From contig JAEEMQ010000010.1 in assembly GCA_016283295.1 (NCBI GenBank), forward strand, positions 1-59,332: 59,332 nucleotides of DNA, given 5' to 3'. A program made the position numbers and the translations under genes. The stretch is from Alphaproteobacteria bacterium (GTDB taxonomy: Bacteria; Pseudomonadota; Alphaproteobacteria; RF32; CAG-239). Shown here one piece after another: positions 22,501 to 29,977 of the stretch (the stretch's first letter is position 1; every line of letters begins with the position of its first letter). The notes below the pieces were generated by a model. It had not been told where the DNA came from and searched no databases. It saw nothing but the letters and a program-made list of their open reading frames with translations.

Positions 22501-22871
22501 TTGATTTGCAGCTGGCTTGTCGCAACCATACGCTTATCGAACATCTGCAAGAGTTGCCGCCGGAGAAACGGCCGAAGCTTGCCGAGCTGTTTGAAGTCAA
22601 CAATTTGCGAATTATCAAAGGAAGCATCGCCGATAATTTGATAGGAGAAGACAGAAAGGCCGACCCGAAAACCTGGCAGAAAGTTATTGATATATTGAAC
22701 CCGAGCGACGAAGAACTCCTTGAAGCTGGCAGAACGAAAAAATGTTCCGCAGAAGTAAAGGAAATACTTGACAGAGTGGTTACGGTGCGCAAAGATGTCA
22801 AAGAGGATGCCTTAAAAGCAAAACGGCGTGCCGCTTTCGAAAGCTGGAAGAAAAACAATACAAAAGATTAG
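19551..22871 (+). CDS. Large hypothetical protein, paralog B
   Basis: 1106 aa; AGGAG SD; shared blocks such as ADLCYTGFRKDERW vs ADLCYSGYNKDGRW and LPEMAERGRFDV vs LPEMAKKGRFDV. Confidence 0.85.
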   Translation: MDNQEIWKKLKEQAATQGYVDLTDFRKLNTEFVKEELPKDAKMLAAVMKTVDIATYADTEEGVDEYKLSYIVRAAKEFCDTEKIFSESLQKDGGKNLEKQLRYIAKAHKGASVFSSRMEYYIENNPFLDKVLTENPDIVEGLKKYFDVTRSGLTGSKNNCNRLEEYYIKSVATIADSGRFAPYFDAYAIINSTRELNEKEKFLRRMQNEAVENGGKLRPLILKEYMDEVLEALPEHPEILPIIEKSFAVDSKDKYIEEHGYKYGEEAYEADKKAAAAILLFGKLKKFFNVEKAWAYGEPGGKERLAYDDKERIVNLYLQRDDLNIYQLRACLAISRSATEWAIRNHPEIKERVNKMLEGAQSYKLLQSFANDSTLNKFFDMHEKFERSAEAVQQLSGKEVYTIFTTPESEIPEAAEMNRQYRVIKEYLEQTKELSKRSFDADLCYTGFRKDERWYENGGLNEFLQDAGTFKGAPEITQMVDECVGRIFAHYIYNTEGKKSRFSYMSTSGIEKFAENMEEEVKADPDSSKAQFYLKYAPIVLDQYGSGIYKGVAQVLLPEMAERGRFDVCKQIFTGMKQTDGYYSGANTWCTYNMREVLSSAETEKPLFKFYLQNAKEFCSSIDQYLDFAAVLIGKDMNAHPEITAQLGKEIGEMYKEMKPKDPQECADKLARIYQYYPAPEFAEIIDERSRSLELTEENLCKYYTNWQCTGMKSFEFAVENILIDMKKFVYKPQDGIDYKPLLERLKQSDIKEIEVRKLLPSQDTDFALSGYKTLERIHFNCVGKINAEALFDNPSLKIVDKEYEAGVTVNNLEKLFDGALPSLEEFKLSPTVIPEQEEALYNLLMERKPESLHVLYYDFEREKAENLMDRNLLLVVNSHKLDTYHNSQMSRNEEFIGFHKGTRSLEQRYVLDDVIRYKRLVEAISVMPPEKRPTLQQMENTFNPEDPGKLHERIKEYYGEDRYPEVIQRVNDLSNGKEIKFNLDLQLACRNHTLIEHLQELPPEKRPKLAELFEVNNLRIIKGSIADNLIGEDRKADPKTWQKVIDILNPSDEELLEAGRTKKCSAEVKEILDRVVTVRKDVKEDALKAKRRAAFESWKKNNTKD

Positions 22872-22893
22872 AAATTATTCGGGAAGGTAGACA

Positions 22894-24006
22894 ATGGATT
22901 TGAGAGTATATTATAACAGTTACGGGCAAAGAGTGCCGCTGGGAGTTTTGTCTGACCGTGACGAAACATATATTTTTGAGTACGATGCCGGGTTCGAATA
23001 CAGAGAAATCGATGTGTGTCCGTTGTTTCCGTCTGCCGACGTGCGCAAGATAAAAGGCACCAAAAATATGTTGCCGTGTTTGTTTTGGGACTTTTTGCCG
23101 TCGGGGTATAATGCCGAAGTTTTGCATAAGTTGAGTTCAACCTCCATCCCGCTTTTGAAACAGCTGGCAATGCACGGCCGGCGCGGTGTGGGCGCGTTGG
23201 AATTTGAGCCGGAGTTGGCTTACAGTTACGAAAAAATACCGGTTGATTTGGATATGGCGGAAAGCGATATTCGTTTTGAAAATAATTTGAGCCGGCAGTT
23301 TCGTTTGTCCGCCGGTATTGCCGGGCATACGCCGAAAATCTCGGTAAAAGTTTCAAAAGATAAGCAGCAAATTTATGAAGATACCGATGACGAAGGCTTT
23401 GCCGATTGGATAATCAAATTGCCGTCGTCGCAGAAAAATCCGCTGGACGGGGTGGCCGAGTTTGTATATAACAAAATGGCAAAAAAGGCCGGTATTACCG
23501 TGCCGCAGTTTTATTTGTTTAATGCCAGAGCTTCGGCCGGATATTTCGGCAGTAAGCGTTTTGATTATCAAAACGGGATAAAGCGCCATGTTCTTTCCAT
23601 CGGCTCGCTGATGAACAAAAACTATCTGTTTGAAAGAATCTATCTCGGTTATTATACGGATATTGTCAGAAAAATCGCGCCGGAAGAAATCGAAAAGCTG
23701 CTGAGATTGCTGATGTTTGATTTGAAAACCGGCAACGAAGATATACGCGGCGGCGGGATTTCCATGATTTTGACCGAAGAAAATAAGTGGGTTTTGGCGC
23801 CGGCTTATGATTTGGTGCCGTTCTCTTTGGAAAATGATTATACTCCGAAAATGCTGAAGAAAGATTATGAAAAAGATGCCGTCGATGCGCTTATTTATGA
23901 TTTGTGCGAAGCGGCGGAATTTGACTTTGATACGGCCGCAAAAATGATTGAACAGGTTGAGGACGCGGTGGCCGAATATTCTCGCTTGAGTTTAGAGTTT
24001 AAATAA
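22894..24006 (+). CDS. HipA-family kinase-like protein with a degenerate catalytic loop
   Basis: YIFEYD, DFLPSGY, GVGALEFEP, IAGHTPK, WIIKLP, FGSKRFD, GNED, LAPAYDL. Confidence 0.8.
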   Translation: MDLRVYYNSYGQRVPLGVLSDRDETYIFEYDAGFEYREIDVCPLFPSADVRKIKGTKNMLPCLFWDFLPSGYNAEVLHKLSSTSIPLLKQLAMHGRRGVGALEFEPELAYSYEKIPVDLDMAESDIRFENNLSRQFRLSAGIAGHTPKISVKVSKDKQQIYEDTDDEGFADWIIKLPSSQKNPLDGVAEFVYNKMAKKAGITVPQFYLFNARASAGYFGSKRFDYQNGIKRHVLSIGSLMNKNYLFERIYLGYYTDIVRKIAPEEIEKLLRLLMFDLKTGNEDIRGGGISMILTEENKWVLAPAYDLVPFSLENDYTPKMLKKDYEKDAVDALIYDLCEAAEFDFDTAAKMIEQVEDAVAEYSRLSLEFK

Positions 24007-24076
24007 ATTATAACGATTTATCAATATGTTAAATGCCAGTAGGAAAGTGTTTTTGTCGGTAAAAGGCAAAAACATC

Positions 24077-24104
24077 TTGACATTTTTATTTTTGGAATTA
24101 TCGT
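24077..24104 (+). promoter_or_regulatory. Sigma70-type promoter of the NAD salvage operon
   Basis: TTGACA (24077-24082), 16-bp spacer, TATCGT; the predicted start near 24110 coincides with the first base of the leader hairpin. Confidence 0.55.
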
Positions 24105-24109
24105 AAAAT

Positions 24110-24222
24110 TGTTCTCGGTGCCTGCAGGGCTTATAGGCAGAGAACAGTATAAAACCGAGCCGGTTTAATGAGATGAAAGTATTTTTATTTTGTTGACGGC
24201 TCCTGTTTAAGGAGTTTTTTTT
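24110..24222 (+). promoter_or_regulatory. Structured 5' leader, copy 1 (candidate riboswitch with SD-sequestering hairpin)
   Basis: TGTTCTC/GAGAACA + TGCCTG/TAGGCA stems, loop CAGGGCTTA; second hairpin AAACC-GAGCC-GGTTT; GGCTCCT/AGGAGTT hairpin over the SD. Confidence 0.6.
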
Positions 24223-24765
24223 ATGAGTAAATATAAGTATAAACACGGTTTTTGTATTATGCGTGCCCAGCCGTTTCATATCGGGCACCAAAAAATCATT
24301 GATCAGATGTTGAAAGAGTGCGAACGCGTAACGGTGGCTCTGGGCTCGATTCAGGAACAGGGAACGGCGCGCAACCCGCTCAACTATACCACTCGCAAGA
24401 AAATGATTCAGAATATTTATCGCGACAAGCCGGAATACGAGCGGCTCAAAATCATCGGGCTGTTTGATATCAATAATCCGGCGGAGTGGGGCGATTTTGT
24501 GGTTGATTTCCTGAAAGAGAGTTTTCCGGATTTGCCGCTGCCGGAGGCATATTATGCCGGTTCGGAATATGATGCGCACTGGTTTAAGGAGCATTTCAAG
24601 CATATTGAACTGGTGGACCGCACCGACCCGAATTTTCCGTTTGTAACCGGAACCATGGTGCGCGATATGATTAAATTCGGCGACAAGCGTTGGAAAAATT
24701 TTGTGGCGCCGGAAAATCATCATCTGGTGGAAGAACATTTTAACAAGAAAAAAGGTATTGTTTAA
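24223..24765 (+). CDS. NMN/NaMN adenylyltransferase (NadM-like nucleotidyltransferase)
   Basis: MRAQPFHIGH, LGSIQE, RNPL..TTRKKMI, VTGTMVR; NAD salvage context. Confidence 0.85.
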   Translation: MSKYKYKHGFCIMRAQPFHIGHQKIIDQMLKECERVTVALGSIQEQGTARNPLNYTTRKKMIQNIYRDKPEYERLKIIGLFDINNPAEWGDFVVDFLKESFPDLPLPEAYYAGSEYDAHWFKEHFKHIELVDRTDPNFPFVTGTMVRDMIKFGDKRWKNFVAPENHHLVEEHFNKKKGIV

Positions 24766-24772
24766 TTTTATG

Positions 24773-24840
24773 CGTCTGCGTCTTGCGCAGGGCTTATGCA
24801 AGACAGACGATTTTAACCTGATAAGCCTGAAGGGAAGGAA
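24773..24840 (+). promoter_or_regulatory. Structured intergenic leader, copy 2 (candidate riboswitch)
   Basis: CGTCTG/CAGACG + TCTTGCG/TGCAAGA stems, identical loop CAGGGCTTA; complement TAAGCC at 24822-24827 next to the SD region. Confidence 0.6.
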
Positions 24841-24843
24841 ATT

Positions 24844-25467
24844 ATGACTCAAAATATTTTAATGCGGATAGATTTTCAAAACGATTTTGTGCATCCGCAC
24901 GGCGCACTCAGCCTGAAGGCGCCGGAATTGATAGAAAAACAGCAAAAATTTGCCGATGCATTGTTTGTCGGCAGTTTTGATAAAATCATCGATACGTATG
25001 ACACGCATTTTGCCGAAACTTACGGCAATACTTCGGAATCCGACAGCTTTCCGCCGCATTGTATTCAAGGCACTTGGGGCTGGCAGCAGGCGGCGCCGTT
25101 TAAGCCGGAGTTGGAGGCGGAGAAAATGTATAAATCCACCACCAATATTTGGAACGAGTTGAAACAATATCGCACCCTGCAACAGGATTGGAGCGATACC
25201 AACGTTTATTTGTGCGGCGTTTTGAGCGATGTGTGTGTCAAACAGGCTTTGAATGGTCTGTTAAAGCACGGCGCGAAGGTGGCGATTATTGAGGATTTAT
25301 GCCTGGGAGCCGAGCAGCAAATCGGCGATATTTTGCAAAAAGAAGTTTATCAGCCGTTTATCGAGGCGGGTTATCTGCGGCGGATTACGGCGGCGCAATT
25401 TTTCCGCAAAGAATTGCATAATAAAAAAATTCAACACAATTTAGTTCATAAAAGTTTAGGAGAATAG
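24844..25467 (+). CDS. pncA: Nicotinamidase (isochorismatase family)
   Basis: IDFQNDFVHPHGAL, DTH, FPPHCIQGTWG, GVLSDVCV; adjacent to pncB. Confidence 0.85.
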   Translation: MTQNILMRIDFQNDFVHPHGALSLKAPELIEKQQKFADALFVGSFDKIIDTYDTHFAETYGNTSESDSFPPHCIQGTWGWQQAAPFKPELEAEKMYKSTTNIWNELKQYRTLQQDWSDTNVYLCGVLSDVCVKQALNGLLKHGAKVAIIEDLCLGAEQQIGDILQKEVYQPFIEAGYLRRITAAQFFRKELHNKKIQHNLVHKSLGE

Positions 25468-25469
25468 CC

Positions 25470-26963
25470 ATGACAAATACCAGACCGAATATTTTGGAAA
25501 ACGGAACCCCGTTGTTTTGCGATTTATATCATTTAACCATGGCGCAGGCGTGGTTTTTGGACGGCAAAGCCGAGGAAATCAAAACTTCGGAAGCGTTCTT
25601 CAGAAAAAATCCGTTCGGCGGCAGCTATTTGCTGTGCGCCGGCTTGGGCGAGTTTATACAATGGCTGGAAAATTGGCACTTTACCAAAGAAGATATTGAT
25701 TATCTGCGCCAGGAAAAAAATGCCGACGGCAGCGCGCGTTTTGATGAGCGCTTTTTGCAATTTTTGGACGGGAAAAAGTTAGAGGTCAGTATTAATGCGG
25801 TGCCGGAAGGCGAGTTGGTGTTCCCGAACGAGCCGGTTTATTCGGTAACCGGTCCGACCTGGCAGGTGGATTTGCTGGAGGCGGCGCTTTTGAATGCGTT
25901 TAACTCGCAGAGTTTGGTGGCAACCAAAGCCTCCCGTATGGCGTATGCCGCTTCTCTTGACGGCAAGCAACGCCCGCTGTTGGAGTTCGGTTTGCGGCGC
26001 GGTCACGAGCTCGGCGGATTTTCCGAAACCAGAGCGGCATTTATCGGCGGGGCCACCGGTACTTCCAACACGGCGGCGGCCAAACATTACGGGATTCCGG
26101 ATTCCGGCACCATGGCGCACTCTTTTGTGATGAGCTACGAGAAAGAGGTTGATGCTTTTAAGGCCTTTATGCGCGGCAATCCGGGTAACACCACGTTGCT
26201 GGTCGATACTTATGATACACGCGAGGGAATTAAACATGCCATCGAGGCAACCAAAGAAGTAGGTTTGCCGCTGATGGGAATGCGGGTGGATTCCGGCGAT
26301 TTGGCTTATTGGGCCAAAGAAGCGCGCAAAATGATTGATGCCGAGGGCGATAACCCGCTGTTTGCCAATGTTAAGATGGTGGCTTCCAACGATTTGGACG
26401 AGCATTTGATTGAAAATCTGTTGGTGGTGCAAAAAGCGCCGTACGATATTTTGGCGGCCGGTACTAAACTTGTGACGGCGTATGACACGCCGGCGCTGGG
26501 CGGAGTGTTCAAAACCAAGCAATATATGGGGCGGACGTGTATTAAAATCGCCGAGGGTAAAACTACTATTCCGGGTGCGACCAATGTGGTGCGAATCGTG
26601 CGCAACGGCAAGTTTGAGGGCGATATTATCTGCGGTGCGGACGCAACCGATTTGTTGCAAGAGGGCAAGCTGAGCCGCAATATTACTTCGTATACGCTTG
26701 ACAGCCTGAACGGATTGAAACGCAATTTTAAGGCCGGCGAGCAGGCTTATTTGTTGTTGCAACCGGTGGTAAAAGACGGCAAGGTAATCAACCCGCCGGA
26801 GCTGAATTTGCAAAAATTGCAACAGCGTAGCAAGGAAAATCTGGCGCGGCTCGATGAAGCATACAAGCGTTTGGCTAATCCGCATATTTACGGCGTCGGA
26901 CTGGAAACAAACTTGTATAATATACGGCAAAATCTGATTATGAATGCCGGGAAGGAGAGATAG
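25470..26963 (+). CDS. pncB: Nicotinate phosphoribosyltransferase
   Basis: DLYHLTMAQA, LEFGLRR, GTSN, GTMAHSFV, LLVDTYDT, RVDSGDL, ASNDLDE. Confidence 0.95.
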   Translation: MTNTRPNILENGTPLFCDLYHLTMAQAWFLDGKAEEIKTSEAFFRKNPFGGSYLLCAGLGEFIQWLENWHFTKEDIDYLRQEKNADGSARFDERFLQFLDGKKLEVSINAVPEGELVFPNEPVYSVTGPTWQVDLLEAALLNAFNSQSLVATKASRMAYAASLDGKQRPLLEFGLRRGHELGGFSETRAAFIGGATGTSNTAAAKHYGIPDSGTMAHSFVMSYEKEVDAFKAFMRGNPGNTTLLVDTYDTREGIKHAIEATKEVGLPLMGMRVDSGDLAYWAKEARKMIDAEGDNPLFANVKMVASNDLDEHLIENLLVVQKAPYDILAAGTKLVTAYDTPALGGVFKTKQYMGRTCIKIAEGKTTIPGATNVVRIVRNGKFEGDIICGADATDLLQEGKLSRNITSYTLDSLNGLKRNFKAGEQAYLLLQPVVKDGKVINPPELNLQKLQQRSKENLARLDEAYKRLANPHIYGVGLETNLYNIRQNLIMNAGKER

Positions 26964-26966
26964 GCG

Positions 26967-27746
26967 ATGGAAAAACTGTGGCATAAATTGCAAGACGGTT
27001 TGCGCCAATATTGCGCCGAAAACGGCTTTAATAAAGCTATTCTCGGGCTCTCCGGCGGGATAGATTCGGCGCTGACCGCGGTGTTGGCAGCAGATACGTT
27101 GGGCGGCAAAAACGTTACGGCGATTATGATGAAAACCCGCTATACGTCGGATTTGAGCTTGCAAATTGCGCGCGAAATCGCCGAGCTCAATCATCTTGAT
27201 TATCACGAGCTGGATATTGAGCCGTTGGTGCAAGCGGAAATCGATTTTTTGGCGCGGGCGTTCAACGGCGAAGTGCGCGGCATCGTGCAGGAAAATCTGC
27301 AGGCACGTATTCGCGGACAGCTGTTGATGGCGTGGTCTAACCAAAACGGCGGGTTGGTGTTGGCTTGCGGCAATAAGTCGGAGGCGCTGACCGGATATTG
27401 CACACTCTACGGCGACACCTGCGGCGGCCTAATGCCAATCGGCAACGTGTATAAAACGGCGATTTTTGCGCTGGCCGAGTGGCGCAATAAACAGGGGTAT
27501 GCTTTGCCGGCCGCGGTAATTACGCGCGCACCGTCGGCGGAATTGGCGGAGGGGCAGAAAGATGAAGATTCGTTGCCGCCATACGCTGTTTTGGACGAAG
27601 TATTGAAATTGCTTTATGATGAGCAAAAGTCAGTAGCGGAAGCGGTTGCTGCCGGTTTTGATGCGGCTTTGGTCGAGCGTGTGGAAAAATTAATTCGCCG
27701 CTCGGAGTTCAAACGCAAACAGATGGCGCCGGCTTTGGCAATATGA
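26967..27746 (+). CDS. nadE: NAD+ synthetase, single domain (no glutaminase domain)
   Basis: LGLSGGIDSA, ENLQARIRG, GNKSEALTGYCTLYGD, PSAELAEGQKDEDSLPPY. Confidence 0.95.
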   Translation: MEKLWHKLQDGLRQYCAENGFNKAILGLSGGIDSALTAVLAADTLGGKNVTAIMMKTRYTSDLSLQIAREIAELNHLDYHELDIEPLVQAEIDFLARAFNGEVRGIVQENLQARIRGQLLMAWSNQNGGLVLACGNKSEALTGYCTLYGDTCGGLMPIGNVYKTAIFALAEWRNKQGYALPAAVITRAPSAELAEGQKDEDSLPPYAVLDEVLKLLYDEQKSVAEAVAAGFDAALVERVEKLIRRSEFKRKQMAPALAI

Positions 27747-27767
27747 TGTTTCCGAAATCCGTACAAG

Positions 27768-27795
27768 AAAAACGTTCCGCAAGGGACGTTTTTTT
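27768..27795 (+). terminator. Intrinsic terminator of the NAD operon
   Basis: AAAAACGTTCC-GCAA-GGGACGTTTTTTT. Confidence 0.85.
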
Positions 27796-27834
27796 ATGCT
27801 ATAAATTTTGCAGTCGGTCACAAACTTAATTATA

Positions 27835-27863
27835 TTGCAAAACGACAAAAATAGTGCTACTAT
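27835..27863 (+). promoter_or_regulatory. Sigma70-type promoter
   Basis: TTGCAA, 17-bp spacer, TACTAT with extended TG. Confidence 0.6.
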
Positions 27864-27889
27864 GGTGCGAAACAAACAAGGGGAAATTT

Positions 27890-29935
27890 ATGACCGAAGA
27901 AAAAACGCAAAGAGAACGCAATCAGGATATCTTGAATTCATACGACGGGTCGGACATTATGCATCCGCAAGTGATATTGCGCAAGGTTAAGCAAGTCGAC
28001 GGCGATATTCTTGATGATGGATTGTTCGGAGTAAAGCTCAGTTGCTATCGTGTATATGATGCTTATGAGATAATGGACAGGTTACCGGAAGAATATCAAT
28101 GGGCGAGCCGGAGCATTGCTGATTTTATGGATGAATATACAAAGCTGCTGGAGCATCCGACGGAGAGAATACAGTTGGAAGCGTTGGCCAAAAGCGGTTG
28201 CCGGATTTTTATTGAGGACAAATGTTCCTCAACGGACGGAAACGGTAAAAGCGCGGGATATAGCGGACAATCTTCACATAATATTGCGGGAAAACCGGCC
28301 ATTAAGTTGGTGGCATACAGATTCGGTAACAGAACTTTTTTGCACGAGGCCATACATAATTCGGATTTGCGGCTGTGCTGGAGTTATTTCACTAAGCAAA
28401 AGATTTATCAGGCGGCGATTATGATGCTTGACGCGCAAAAAATCCAGTCTTCGCACGGCTATCAAAGCGTAAAAAAACTGCGCCATATTAACGAGGTTTA
28501 TCAAGCCGGCGAAATTTATACCGAAGGCTTGGCCTGGATCGGCTCCATGTCGATGGAAGAATTGGCTCATGAAAAAAATCATATCGGCAAAAACTTAAAA
28601 GTTCTGCATTCTCTGTATACCGAAGCATTGTTGAAAGAGCAAGGGGCGGTGTTGGATTGTTTTCGCTTTTGGCAACCTTCGGCTCATATAGGAAAATTGT
28701 TGGAAACTTATAATGCCAACGGCCAGAAAATCGGCAAAGAGCGCGATAAAATATTAAAACAACAGAAACATCTCTGGGACGAGATGATGAAATTCCGCAA
28801 GGAAATAAATAAACTCAAGGTAAACGGGCTGGAGAGCAAAACATTGTCGCTTTGGGGCGGTTCGTATTATTATTGCCAAACCGGCGGTGTTAAATCGCTG
28901 TTTCCGTTGTATATGGCGCAAGACAAGGCCGACAAAGCATTTCAACAAATTGAAGATGATGAAAAATTGTCGCCGAACACCAAAAAGCGGCGGCATACCG
29001 CAGTATTAAAAGCGTTGTTTAAGGAAATTAAGGCGGGAGATTTGAACGTTCCTTCATTGTTTGCGGAAAAGTTTTTGACCTGCAAGGAATATCTGTATAA
29101 AATGCGTAAATATTATCCGTCTTATGATTATAATGATATGCTTTTCGACTTGTCGCCGAAGGAAAACGAGCCGAAAGGAATCGCCGGACGTAAGCGGCTT
29201 TATGATAATTTAGAAGCTCAGGCCAATATTTTGTATATGCAGATGCATTCCGTTTATAATCTCAAAGAGTGTGCGTTGGCATATTTGTATAAGGCATATC
29301 ACGAATCCGTGCGTTCCGGCGATGAAATGGTCAAGATGGCCATGATGAGCAATACTAGTTCGCTTGAACATAAAAGAGAGTATGTGAAAGACTTGATAAC
29401 CAGAGCGCGGGAAAAAACGTCGCGGCGTATGACAGGGCGTTATGCGGCGGAGGCCTTTATGGGCATGGAATATTTGTTGCAGAAATATAATCTGTCGCGA
29501 AATACGCACGGGGTGTTGGAAGCGGATGATTTGCGGAATTTTTACACTTCGGAGAAAGTCGTCGACGATTTGAAATGGTTCAAAACCAAAGAGAATGCCG
29601 ACGGTTTGTCGCTTGAAACGTATAAGTGTTTTGACGCGGGAATTGTCAGCGATTATTGTTCGCGACCGGCAAGCGCTTTTAAGGCAGAAAGCGGGGATTA
29701 TATACCGAATAACTATAAAAACCAAGACTCACAAAAGGTTGCCCATACGCGCGCCTTGTATGAATTTTTGGCACTGCGGCACGCTTATCAGGCCAAAACG
29801 CATTGCAAGAAGTTTCCGCAGCATTTGCAGTTGCAGGCGTTTATGCCGAACTCCGATTATTACCGACAAATCAGATTTTTGGCGGCACCTCAGGTAATTT
29901 CCGCAAAAGATTCCAAAGATAACGGCGGGAAGTGA
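27890..29935 (+). CDS. Hypothetical protein with a zincin-like HExxH...E motif
   Basis: TFLHEAIHNSD and downstream YTEGLAW; ATG 27890 with AAGGGGA SD preferred over track start 27854. Confidence 0.75.
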   Translation: MTEEKTQRERNQDILNSYDGSDIMHPQVILRKVKQVDGDILDDGLFGVKLSCYRVYDAYEIMDRLPEEYQWASRSIADFMDEYTKLLEHPTERIQLEALAKSGCRIFIEDKCSSTDGNGKSAGYSGQSSHNIAGKPAIKLVAYRFGNRTFLHEAIHNSDLRLCWSYFTKQKIYQAAIMMLDAQKIQSSHGYQSVKKLRHINEVYQAGEIYTEGLAWIGSMSMEELAHEKNHIGKNLKVLHSLYTEALLKEQGAVLDCFRFWQPSAHIGKLLETYNANGQKIGKERDKILKQQKHLWDEMMKFRKEINKLKVNGLESKTLSLWGGSYYYCQTGGVKSLFPLYMAQDKADKAFQQIEDDEKLSPNTKKRRHTAVLKALFKEIKAGDLNVPSLFAEKFLTCKEYLYKMRKYYPSYDYNDMLFDLSPKENEPKGIAGRKRLYDNLEAQANILYMQMHSVYNLKECALAYLYKAYHESVRSGDEMVKMAMMSNTSSLEHKREYVKDLITRAREKTSRRMTGRYAAEAFMGMEYLLQKYNLSRNTHGVLEADDLRNFYTSEKVVDDLKWFKTKENADGLSLETYKCFDAGIVSDYCSRPASAFKAESGDYIPNNYKNQDSQKVAHTRALYEFLALRHAYQAKTHCKKFPQHLQLQAFMPNSDYYRQIRFLAAPQVISAKDSKDNGGK

Positions 29936-29943
29936 TTTTTTAC

Positions 29944-29971
29944 TTGACAAAATATTTAAATGTGCTACATT
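29944..29971 (+). promoter_or_regulatory. Sigma70-type promoter driving the candidate ncRNA
   Basis: TTGACA (29944-29949), 16-bp spacer, TACATT with extended TG. Confidence 0.65.
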
Positions 29972-29977
29972 GAACCT

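Noticed and set aside
8391-24006. Prophage or integrative element
   Set aside because: No structural, replication, integrase or conjugation genes and no att-like flanks seen.
25779-27344. 521-aa minus-strand ORF
   Set aside because: Antisense shadow of pncB/nadE with no motifs; expected from codon bias.
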